DNA from: Octopus vulgaris
Taxonomy: Eukaryota
Direction of reading: 5' to 3'
Assembly (NCBI GenBank): GCA_951406725.2
Contig: OX597830.1
Span: 8,990,001-9,054,000 of the forward strand
DNA length: 64,000 bases
Part shown: piece by piece, positions 39,829 to 52,080 of the stretch
How the letters are laid out: the number at the start of each line of letters is the position of its first letter
Numbering within the stretch: the first letter of the stretch is position 1
The notes under the pieces: generated by a model
The model's input: the letters and a program-made list of their open reading frames with translations, nothing else
Told to the model about the DNA's origin: nothing
Database searches by the model: none
Position numbers and translations under genes: made by a program

Positions 39829-40624
39829 ATATACGATGGGCATTTTATCAGTTTCTGACAATCAAGTCCATTCACAGGGCTTCGGTCAGCCAGGACTGTA
39901 GCAAAAGACACTTGCAGAAAATGATGAGCAGTGGGACTGAACCTGAAACCATGTGGTTGGGAAAGAAACTTATTACCCACACAGCCATGCCTGCACCTAT
40001 ACATGTCTGTACCTATTTATTAGTCAAATAGAGGAATTAATTTAAATATTTGAGGGAAAATGATAATAGAAGATGAATGACAATCAAAGGCAGAAAGAAG
40101 TGGACCATAACAGCAACAGAGGCTTTAGCATGATTAAACATGATAGAGGGGTGGGGAAGAGGTGGTGGAGAGAAAGCATGGGGGGAGGGGTAGAGAGAGG
40201 GAACAAGACTTGTTGCTAAGGGACGTTGTTCTGAGGGATATCAATAAGAAACTCCAAATTCATTTCAGACATATGCAATGTGACAAAGGAATTTAAATAC
40301 TATTGTGTTGTTTCTTTTGGAGAATTCAGACAGTTTGTTAATCTGTACAGAAGGGGGTGCTGAAAATACAGGAGGATAAGTTAATTATGATTTTATTGAA
40401 CATATCTCCCTCTCAGATTCACACAATTATTGCAGTGGGCCTTCAGTTTTTCTAGGTCATGTAAAAGAACTTGATTAAATGAACCTCCAACCAAGTCTTT
40501 CATGATACTATTAATTTAAAGCCAGGAACTTTTCAGTAGGTTTACAAAAAGATACCTCCAATTTTCCTATCATTATCAATATATTTCACTGTCCAGGTGA
40601 AGGAGTGTAAAAATACATTACAAA

Positions 40625-41283
40625 GGAGTGGCTGTGTGGTAAGTAGTTTACTTACCAACCACATGGTTCCGGGTTCAATTCCACTACATAGCATCTTGGG
40701 CAAGTGTCTTCTACTATGGCCTCAGGCCGACCAAAGCCTTGTGAGTGGATTTGGTAGATGGAAACTGAAAGAAGCCTGTCGTGCATACATTATATATATA
40801 TATATAATGTTGCCTTTGAAATGCGGAGTAGATGAAACAGGGACAACTGATGAAGGGGAATTTTCTTTATGTTGCATGTCTCGTTTCTCTGTTTTTTTAT
40901 TTTTTTGTTGTTTGAAAAAAGTTTGTTTTCTATGTTTTTGTTTTTATGCTTTCATTTCTCATTCTGTTCAACATTTTTTTGATGTCCTGTACTCATAGAT
41001 GCATGTATATATACATATATATGTATGTACATATATGTATGTATATATGCATATATCTATATATTATTTGTATTATTATATGATCAAATGCCACACATCG
41101 ATATATATATATATATATCGATGCGGGCTCCTTTCAGTTTCTGTCTACCAAATCTGCTCACAAGGCTTTGGTGGACCCAAGGCTATAGTAGAAGACACTC
41201 GCCCAAAGTATCACACAGTGGGACTGAACCTGGAACCATGTGGTTGGGAAAGAAACTTATTACCCACACAGCTACTCCTGCGC
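40625..41283. mobile_element. Convergent SINE family A heads (40625-40783 plus, 41120-41283 minus) around a Penelope-like fragment
   Basis: Family A motifs on opposite strands. The middle segment matches 10990-11150. Confidence 0.75.
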
Positions 41284-41805
41284 CTATAAAAACAGGAGAT
41301 TGCAAAAAATCTTTGGTATTATTTATTCACCATCATGCGTTTCATTTGACGGATTTTCTGTCTGAAGAATTTCTCACAGGAGATATCTGACATGTTTATC
41401 CAACAAATACAATTTTGTACTTCCTATTAGTAAACGAAACATGTGTAAGGGTGAATAGATAATGCCGAAATTTTTTTCGTATCTTCTGTTTTGATATGTA
41501 ATTAGTCAGGAAAAGATATTAGTATTTTTTTCGACTTTTATGCATATGTCACACAAATATAACAACTACATACAACTTTGGAGTCCTGGAATAAGCAGAT
41601 GTGCCTCAAAAGGACACAGCTTGGATTATAACGCTATCTACAATATATATATATATATATCATTTAATGTCTGCCTTCCATGCTGGCATGGCTGGAACGG
41701 TTTCACAAGAGTCAGCCAGGCAGAATCCTGCACCAGACTTCTGTAACTGTAACTGGTAGGATTTTTACAGCTGGATGTCCTTCCTAACACCAACCATTCA
41801 GCAGA

Positions 41806-41861
<56 letters not shown>

Positions 41862-41924
41862 GCCATGTTAGATCGCTAGTCACTAATCCTTTTCTATTTT
41901 CTATCCCTGTTTATTTCTGTGTTA

Positions 41925-41960
41925 CTTTCTGTTGAAGAGCATAGGCTCGAAACGTAAAAG
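41925..41960 (+). ncRNA. Minimal hammerhead-like motif with variant core, inside a ~190 bp TA-flanked repeat
   Basis: CTTT-CTGTTGA-A-GAGC(atag)GCTC-GAAAC-GTA-AAAG. Sister copies at 27685-27720(+), 50154-50189(+) and 27063-27099(-). Confidence 0.55.
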
Positions 41961-42055
41961 ACTTTCTCACTTCCTGAGCGTTACGCTAATTAACTGTTTG
42001 TTGTTTACACATGTCTTTGTCTTTTGTTTTTTTGTAAATTCTCACTATATATATA

Positions 42056-42594
42056 CAGGGTCTGGCAAAATGATCTGACACATTTGTAGGTTAAATAAAA
42101 GGCAAATGAAGTAAAGAAACAAAAATGTGTTTTTATTTTTGAAAAGTACATATAATGCCATTTTGTTTCATTATGTTTTAAAACTTAAATCAGTCAAATG
42201 GGATCCATTATTGTCCACACACTGACGAAGGCGTTCACGAAAGTTGTCAATAACTCGGCGGGTCATTTCATGTGGAATGGTAGTAATTTCTTGACTAATT
42301 GCATCTTTAAGTTGTTCAATAGATCGAGGGCGATTAATGTATACCTTTGACTTGAGGTATCCCCAGAGAAAAAATCACATGGATATTATTGACAACTTAT
42401 TGACAACTTTCGTGAACGCCTTCGACAGTGTGTGGACAATAATGGATCCCATTTGACTGATTTAATTTTTAAAACATAATGAAACAAAATGGCATTTTAT
42501 GTACTTTTCAAAAATAAAAACATTGTTTTGTTTCTTTACTTCATTTGCCTTTTATTTAACCTACAAATGTGTCAGATCATTTTGCCTGACCCTG
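42056..42594. mobile_element. Fold-back Tc1/mariner-superfamily element (rosa/DD41D-like 3' ends), TA TSD
   Basis: TA-CAGGGTC...GACCCTG-TA with ~198 bp inverted arms. The minus strand encodes PCDFFLWGYLKSKVYINRPRSIEQLKDAISQEITTIPHEMTRRVIDNFRERLRQCVDNNGSHL. Confidence 0.9.
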
Positions 42595-43391
42595 TATGTA
42601 TGTATATATATATATATGAAACTTTAGATCATGTATTGAGTAGTCTTTCTCTGACTTATAAAAATATTTATATACATATGCATGTATGTATGAGTGTTTA
42701 TATATGTATGATAGTTGAGGTGGGGGGGTGTCTATCATACACTCTCATATGCAGCTGTCAGTCATAAGGGAGAGGGTGGATGTTGGGTATATGTTAGGAG
42801 AGGTGTAGGAGTGCGGTAGGTGGGAGGGTAAGAATGGTGGAATGAGGTTGAAGGTGAATGTTTGTAATGAAGCACATAGTAATTATGATGATGGTGGAGA
42901 GATGGTGGTGGTGGTTATGGTGATGGTGGCAATAGCGCTGGTGATGAAGAAGTGCAATTGTATATTTCAAGGTAGAATAGTATATGCTGAGGTGAGGGTG
43001 TCCACCTGAGTCTCTGAGGGGTGGATATATGAAGAAAAAAAATGATGGATGGAATGGTAAAGATGAAGTAGAGTAATGGTGATAGTAGATGACTGAGGGG
43101 AAGGAGAGGGAGAGATGTGAGTGAGTGTGACAGAAGAATGGAACATGATCAGGTGAGGGTGAGTCGGGGTGGGGTGGGGGTAAGAGGGGGTATGTACTCT
43201 CAACAGATTCTCAGATTGGATGTAAAGCTACAGAGAAATAAACTTATTAAATCCTGTGAAGGTTTACTTTGCTTTCCTTCCTTTTGGGGTCAATGAAATA
43301 AGTACCAGCCATATACTAGGGTAAATCTAATTGACCAATCCCTCCCCTCAAAAACTGCTGGCCGTGTGCCAAAATTTGAAACGATGATTAA

Positions 43392-43446
<55 letters not shown>

Positions 43447-44455
43447 ATGGTGAGCTGGCAGAATTGTTATCACATGGGACAAAATGCTCAGCAATATTTC
43501 TCCCAATACATGACATTCTGAGTTTAAATTCAACTGAGATCAACTTTCATTTTCATCCTCATGGGGTAAATAAAAAATAAGTACCAATTGCCAGTTGTTT
43601 ACTGGAGTTGATGGAATTGACTAGCCCCAATCCTTCAAATATTGTTGGCCCTGAGCCAAAAATTAGGATGTATCATTATTATTATTATTATTACTATTAT
43701 TATTAAATAAGACTACTGAATAATATTAATAATAATAATTATTAATATCATTCAGTAGTCTTATTTTTATCATGTGCATTCAATGCACTGCTGAGCGAAG
43801 CTCTGTGTGCCTTGGGTATTTGCTGTGGTTTGTTGTGGTGTTATTGTTATTATTATTATTATTATTATTAATTATTATTGTTGTTGTTGTTGTGACGGTG
43901 CATGGCTCAGTGGTTAGAGCGTCAGGCTTATAATCATGATGTAGTGAGTTCAATTTCCGGACCGGGCTGCGTCTTTATTCCACATGGCTCCAGTTTACTC
44001 ATCTGTAGAAATGAGTTGTGACATCACCAGTGCCAAGCTGTATCAGCCTTTACCTTTCCCTTGGATGACATCGGTGGCATGGAGAAGGGGAGGCTGGTAT
44101 GAATGGTTCACTGCTGGTCTTCCATAAACAATCTTGCCCCGACTTGTGCCTCGGAGGATAACTTTTTAGGTGCAATCCCATGATCATTCATGACCGAAGG
44201 TGGTCACCCTCAGCCTCTATTATCATTGTTATTATTATTATTATTATTATCATCATTAGATGAACTGGCAGAATTGTTAGCATGCTGTGTGGAATGCTTA
44301 ATGGCATTTCATCTGCCGCTACATTCTGAGTTCAAATTCTGCCAACGTTGACTTTGCCTTTCATCCTTTTGGGGGTTGATAAACTAAGTATACTGCGGTC
44401 GATGTAATCAACTAAGCCCCTCCCTTCAAATTTCAGGACTTTAGCAGAAAGGATT
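43447..44455 (+). mobile_element. SINE cluster: family B (43447-43670), family C (43894-44205), family B (44260-44455) in (ATT)n tracts
   Basis: Family motifs as described above. Confidence 0.8.
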
Positions 44456-44738
44456 ATCATTATTATTAAATGGTTAGTGGATGGTTTTATTAGTTGTACC
44501 CAGGGTGTTTTCAGGGTACCAAGGGTTTGTTAGGGTGCTTGAGTGTCAGTTAGGTTTACCTACAGGTTTGGGCCCCACTGACTGACCCTTTCACACTCAA
44601 GGGTATATAAGGTTCTGTCAGGGGTCCTGAAAGGTCTGTTTAGTTTGCACTTCTTGTATCACATCTCAATGAGTCACTGTTGTATGAGTTGTGGAGTTGG
44701 TGGTCTTTTAGAGCTGACTATATACACACACTCAGTGA

Positions 44739-44773
<35 letters not shown>

Positions 44774-46266
44774 CACACCAGTATACCACCAACTACCTAC
44801 CACTATCATCACCATCATCTCCATTACTAACACCAACCAACATCACCTGCCTTGCCCTCATCACCACCTCGAATTCTACAACCACCACCATCATCATCAT
44901 TAACATTATTATTGTTACACATTTTATATTTTATTTTCCCTACATATGTTGGCAAATATTACTAAATAAATAATACCATATCCACCCCTACTGCCATCGC
45001 CACACCACTGCCACCACCACCAACACCAGTATTTCATCTGCCCCCATTGGTGCTCCATTCCATGCCCACCCCTATCATACTATCCCAAATAAAAATTTAC
45101 TTCTGAAAACCCATCAGAAGTTGCTGTCTGTCTGTCTGGTATTCCTGTAAATATTCTTTTTAAATTGCTTTTTTTTTATATTTTCTCTTATAAATCTACC
45201 ATTAATTTTTATTATCCTAAAGTTGTTTGTTGTTGTTATTATTATTATTTTTATTATTATTATTATTGTTGCTGTTGTTGTTAGTCGGTAATTCACACAA
45301 ACCAAGATGGCTTTCTCTTCAGAATCATTAAATACTTCACCTCTCAACAGCTGTAGAGCCTCTACACAGTTTGGAATTACCATTCTTTTAATGTGGAATC
45401 TTCGTGGAGTGTCTGAACAGCAAGAATCTTGTTAGTCTGTCTGTCTGTTTGTCTTCTCGTCTAGTTCTGTTTGCCCATCTGTCTGTCAGTCAGACTGCAT
45501 GAATTCATCTTTCTTTCCCAAGAGAAACTCATGAAAATTCTTCAACTTGGCGCTACCAAATTCTTCATATAAAAAAGTAAAAAAAAAATATATATACCCA
45601 ACACCTTTATTATCATTAATCAAATGTAACTCTTTGGTGTTGCTTCTGCACCACGGCCATGCTGGGGCACTGGCTTCAAGGATTTTAGGTGACAAAGGAA
45701 CCCTACTACTTATCTTTGGAAGTTTCATGCAAAAATATTCTATCGGTCTCTTTTGTTGAACCACTATATTACAGGGGATGTAAACAAACCGACATCAGTT
45801 GTCAAGTGGTGGTGGGAGACAAACACAAAGACACACACATATATACCCATATATATGTGCCAATGCCCACAAAATGCACCTGGGCCAGGGCCACATAGAA
45901 AGCGCTCGTGCTGATGTCGGCTACAAAGAACTCATGCCAGTGCCATGTAAGAAGCACCTGTGCTGATTCCGCATAAAAAACACCTGAGCTGGTTCCAGGT
46001 AAAAGCAGCCATGACGGTGTCGTGGAGAAAGCACCAAGTACACTTTACAAAATAGACAGCATTAGGAAAGGCATCCACTGGTAGAAACTTGGCCCAAAAC
46101 AGACAATTTTGGAACCTGGGCAGCTCTCTGGCTGACCGTTTCCTCTCAAACTGTCCAACCCATGCCAGTATGGGAAACGAACAATAAATGGCACCTTGGG
46201 CAAGTGTCTTCTACTACAGCCTTGTGAGTGGATTTGGTAGACAAAAACTGAAAGAAGCATGTCTCA

Positions 46267-46300
<34 letters not shown>

Positions 46301-46348
46301 TATGAATAAATAAATGGAGTTTAACGCAGGTGTAAATCAAATATTTTT

Positions 46349-46434
46349 ACTTTCGACACATGTTTCAAAAATTTCACTGATACTATTCAAAAGAATAAAT
46401 GGTATAAACAATGCAATCTTCTCTTTGGGAAAGT
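46349..46434 (-). ncRNA. Degenerate minimal hammerhead ribozyme motif
   Basis: Minus strand: ACTTTC-CCAAAGA-GAAGATT(loop)AATTTTT-GAAAC-ATGT-GTC-GAAAGT. It has a 6-bp stem I, a palindromic-type stem III loop and a GUC triplet; the core has two changes. Confidence 0.6.
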
Positions 46435-46523
46435 GAAAAACACGAAACTTGTCAATAAGACATTTTTGCAAAAAATGATGGATTTGTATAGTGATTAACT
46501 GAACGCTATTAATACACTCATCC

Positions 46524-46570
<47 letters not shown>

Positions 46571-46989
46571 GTGTGTGTGTGTGTATGTATCCCCATCATT
46601 GCTTGACAACTTACGTTGGTGTGTTTATGTCTCTGTAACTTATTCGATCGGTCTCTTTTGCCGAGCCACTAAATACTAGGCTTACAAAGAATAAGTCCTG
46701 GGGGCAATTTTTGCAACTAAAGGCAGCACTCTAGCATTCTCGCAGTCAAATGACTGAAACAAATAAAAGAATATAGATTTATAGATATACAAATTTTGGG
46801 GATTAATTGATATGCAGGTATTCTATTAATCCCAAAATTGAATACTGACTTTTATCAGATACTTTGTATATTTATAGATAAATATATAAATATATGATAT
46901 ATAAGACCCCAAAGTACGATATGCAGATGCATATAATGTTGTATGGTTACACCTGATTGATTTGGAAAATTGTTTACCTAAATTATTTA

Positions 46990-47043
<54 letters not shown>

Positions 47044-47639
47044 TAAGGATAAGCATATTAAAAGGGATCTGTGGGAAAACGTATTTAAATAAAAGGGTTG
47101 GGAACCACTGTGAAAAGGCTGGGAACTAAAGGCACAAGGCCTGAGATTTTGGGGACAGGGTTAGCTGACATTACATTGACCCAAGTACATGACAGGTACT
47201 TATTTTATCGATCCTGAAAGGATGAAAGGTAAAGTTGACATTGGGGGAATTTGAACTCAGAATGTAAAGACAGACTAAATGGTGATAAGCATCTTGCCTG
47301 GTGTCTCTGGTTGGCATGAGCCTAGTAATTTTAGAGGGAGAGGGCAAATGAATTATCTTGACCCCCAGTATTCAACTGGTACTTTATGTTATTGACACTG
47401 AAATGATGAAAGGCAGAGTTGACCTTGGCAACATTTCAAGTCTGGATGTAATGCCAGAAGAAATACCACAAGGCATTTTATCCGGCCCTGTAATAACAAC
47501 AACAATAACCACAACTGAAAGAACAAGGAAACTTGTAAAACGAGGATCTTTTAGTGAATGAAACTAGATTTATTATTAAACATTTTCATTTACATCTGAG
47601 ATGGTAGCTTAGTAACTCGAGAACTGGATCGGCATGTAT

Positions 47640-48265
47640 TTCAACATCATCACTATCACTATCATCATTATCATTACTACTATCATCATCAACATCACTA
47701 TCATCATATTCGTCATCACCATCACTACCACTACTAACATCATCATCACCACTGTCGTCATCCTCATCATCATAACCACCACCATCACCACCACTATTAT
47801 CATCATCACAATCATCGTCTTCATCATCACCACTATTATCATCCACATCATCATCACCACTGTCATCATCATCTCCACCACCACCATCACCACCACTATT
47901 ATCATCAACATCGCTATCATCATCATCATCATCACCACTATTATCATCCACATCATCATCATCACTGTCATCATCATCACCACCACCACCACTATCATCA
48001 TCAACATCGCTATCATCATCTTCATCATCACCACTATTATCATCCACATCATCATCACCACCACCACCACTATCATCATCAACATCACTATCATCATCTT
48101 CATCATCACCACTATTATCATCCACATCATCATCATCATCACCACCACCACTATGAACATCATCATCATCTTTATCATCCTCATCACTACCGCTATCATC
48201 AACATTATTATCCTTATCACCCCCATCACCATCATAACCATCATCACCATCATTATCACCATTTC
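47640..48265. repeat. Higher-order (ATC/ACC) minisatellite with a recurring CACTATTATCATC sub-unit
   Basis: Seen directly; gives the Asp-rich, Ile-rich and Met-rich ORFs. Confidence 0.85.
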
Positions 48266-48441
48266 ATTCTACCCTCCACCATCTCATACACACACACACA
48301 GTAGTTAGGTATCATCACTAAGAATGTTATCCTAATCTAAACTAGACATGACATATCATTACAGTTCAAGGGAGACCCCCACCACCAGCCCCCACCGTCA
48401 TCCTCACCAGACCCTTACAATGTAAACACAAACTCTGCAGT

Positions 48442-48455
48442 GTTGCTATGGCAAC
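48442..48455. promoter_or_regulatory. RFX X-box GTTGCTATGGCAAC with an adjacent forkhead motif (TGTAAACA, 48421-48428)
   Basis: Near-perfect palindromic X-box in unique sequence. Confidence 0.5.
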
Positions 48456-48632
48456 AGTTATGGTTGGATACACCTGTCAAACCCATGCATGCATGTCAAA
48501 ATATGATACAAAAACTAAGTATCAATGACAACAACAACAACAACAGTCCATGAAAAAAATTGGTATGACAACTTATTCGAGAAACAAAACACAAACTATG
48601 GTAACATTAGATTCTACACACACACATCTACA

Positions 48633-48666
<34 letters not shown>

Positions 48667-48744
48667 CACACACACATATATATCTACATATATATATATC
48701 TACATATATATATCACATATATATATATATCTACATATTTATCT

Positions 48745-48791
<47 letters not shown>

Positions 48792-49094
48792 CAATAATAA
48801 TAAAGGGTAAAATTAATTAATTAATTAATAATTTCATCAAGTAGTTCGGTATGTTAAAAGAACTATTATCAGTAAACTTATACAAAAGTTTTATACAAAA
48901 GTTTTATAATTATAAGTATATAATTATGAGAGAAATAGCTAGTTTTAAAAGCTATTTCAAAATTTTGGTATGTGGTGAAGCAAATTTTTTGTTGAACCCT
49001 AATTATAATTATACTTATAATTATAAAAATTTTTATATATATATATACATACATACATATGTATGCGTGTGTGTGTATGTATATAGCTAGGTAA

Positions 49095-49420
49095 GGAGCA
49101 CTCTGTCGGCTACGACAACATGGGTCCCAGTTGATATGATCAGCAGAACAGCTTGCTTGTGAAATTAACATGCAAGTGGCTGAGCACTCCACAGACACAT
49201 GGGCCCTTAATATAGTTCTCAGGGAGATTCAGCATGACACAGAGTGCAACAAGGCTGGCCCCTTTGAAATAGAGTTACTATTCAGTTTTGCCAGCTGAGT
49301 AGACTGGAGCAACATGAAATAAAGTGTCTTGTTCAAGGACACAATGCGTCGCCAAGAATTGAACTCCCGACCTTACAATCGTGAGCCAAATGCCCCTAAC
49401 CACAAAGCCACGTGCCTTCA
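49095..49420 (-). mobile_element. Hybrid SINE (family C-like head and core, family D tail)
   Basis: TTGTGTCCTTGAACAAGACACTTTATTTCA core joined to the TGTCTGTGGAGTGCTCAGCCACTTGCA tail. Confidence 0.85.
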
Positions 49421-49444
49421 CATATATATAATATAATATAATAT

Positions 49445-49762
49445 AATGAAATTATTGTATACAGTGCTCAGGTGCACCACAACTTGTCAGAAAGTGCATA
49501 TAAAGTACATGCAGTAATGTAGAAATGTCTGGAAAGTGAACATGCTTGTGTGTGTATGGAGGGGAGAAAATCAAGTGTAGTGTTGGCGAATCTCAGGAAG
49601 CATGGAAGTTTTAAAGGATGCAGTGCTCTGACAACTAACAACCGATGCCGGCAGTTTGTTCCATGCTTCAGCAAATCTCAGCGTGAAAAAATGTTTCCTG
49701 AAGTCATGGGAGCTGTGCTGTTTTCTTACTTGGTAAATATGTCCACGAGTGTTAGATGGGTA
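49445..49762 (-). mobile_element. CR1-group LINE 3' end (ORF2 C-terminus and 3' UTR)
   Basis: NTRGHIYQVRKQHSSHDFRKHFFTLRFAEAWNKLPASVVSCQSTASFK matches TRGH...R..FF..RV...WN.LP..VV...S...FK. Confidence 0.88.
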
Positions 49763-50315
49763 CATCATCATCATCGTTTAACGTTCACCTTCCATGCTAG
49801 AATGGGTGGGGCAGTTTTACAAAAGCCGGCCAGGCAGAAGCCTGCACCAGACTTCTGTGACTGTTTTGGCAGGATTTTTCCAGCTGGACGCCCTTCCCAA
49901 CACCAACCACTCAGTAGACTGGACTGAGTGCTTTTTATGTAGCACAAGCACAGGCGAGGTCAGTTTTAGCAAGGTTTTTACAGCTGGATGCCCTTCCAAA
50001 TGCCAACCACTTTACAGTATGGACTGGATGCTTTTTACGTGGCACCAGCACTGGCAGAGTTATGAAGTAACTTGCAAGGCAAAGAATATATATATATGAT
50101 AGATCGGTAGCCACTACACACATTTTTTTCTCTCCTTGTTTCTTTCTGTGTCCCTTTCTGTAGAAGAGCGTAGGCTCAAAACGTTAAAGACTTTTTCAAT
50201 TCCCTAGCGTTATACTAATACATCTGTTTGCTTTCTACACCACCTGTCTTCGTCTTTTGTTGTTTTTTTGTGAATTCTCCCTATATATATATCAAAATAT
50301 ATAAATCAAAATCAA

Positions 50316-50742
50316 AATCAAAATCGAAATCTTTCAACATCAATGGAAATTGTAGCTGTGATACCAGTGCCGGTAGCACGTAAGAGAACCGTCCAAACGT
50401 GGCCGTTGCCAGCGCTGCCCCCACTGGCCTCTGTGCAGATGGCACGTAAAAAGCACCATCCGATTGTGGCCGTTGCCAGCCTCGTCTGGCTCCCGTGCCG
50501 GTGGCACGTAAAAAGCACCAACGGATCGTGGTCGTTTGCCAGCCTCGTCTGGCACCTGTGCAGGTGGCACATAAAAAGCAACCACTACACTCTCGGAGTG
50601 GTTGGCATTAGGAAGGGCATCCAGCTGTAGAAACACTGCCAGATCAGACTGGGCCTGGCACAGCCTCCTGGCTTCCCAGACCCCAGCTGAACCGTCCAAC
50701 CCATGCAAGCATAGAAAACGGACGTTAAACGATGATGATGAT
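50316..50742 (+). mobile_element. Family E RTE-type 3' end with tandem hairpin units, CpG-rich (young)
   Basis: Four GCAC(G/A)TAA(A/G)A(A/G)(GC/A)ACC-like motifs about 60-66 bp apart, then the tail GGACGTTAAACGATGATGATG. Confidence 0.8.
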
Positions 50743-50850
50743 ACATATATACATATGTATATGTGTGTGTGAAGGCGCTAAGTTACGGGGATGTAAACAC
50801 ACCAGTATTGATTGTCAAGCGATGTTGCAGGGACAAACATAGACATACAA

Positions 50851-50892
<42 letters not shown>

Positions 50893-51594
50893 GACGGGCT
50901 TCCTTCAGTTTCCGACTACCAAATCTATTTACAAGATTTTGATTGGCCCGAGGCTATAGTAGAAGACACTTGCCCAAGGTGCCATGTAGTGGGATTGAAC
51001 CCAGAACCATGTTGTTCATAAGCAAGCTACTTACCACACATCCACTCCTATGCCTATTTATGCATATCTATATCTATATATCTATATATATATATATATA
51101 TATCTATATATCTATATCTATATATATGTACTTATATACGCATATTTATATATACATACTTATATATGTATAAATATATATATGTACTTATATATGAATA
51201 TTTATATATATATATATATATGTACTTATATATGCAAATATATATATATATACACACACACATATATATACGTATCTCAAGTGAAATATTGTGATGGAAA
51301 TATTGATTCCTGGCAATAAGAAGATATTTGGTCCAACAAACATAACAAAATTAAAGAAAAATTGGGGAAAATAATAGGAAAAAAATGGAGGATAAATTTG
51401 TGTTTAAGTAAAATCTTTAGAAATAAAGGAGAATATTATAAATAATCTCAGCATCTCAGGATGTTGGGGAGGCTGGGTGGGTGGTGGTGTAGTGATGTAA
51501 GGGAATAGGGAATTATCTATATCGTTGCAGTTGTAGTATGTGGAAGGAATAATAATAATGAAGATGATGATAGCAACAACAACAACAACAACAA

Positions 51595-52080
<486 letters not shown>

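Noticed and set aside
44503-44535. Four GGG runs at ~10-bp spacing, telomere-like or G-quadruplex
   Set aside because: Only one exact TTAGGG, long loops and no supporting context; plausible by chance.
47586-48308. Asp-rich ORF resembling acidic biomineralisation proteins
   Set aside because: Several frames on both strands are open because of the ATC/ACC repeat. There is no signal peptide or splice support, and similar tracts occur throughout the window.
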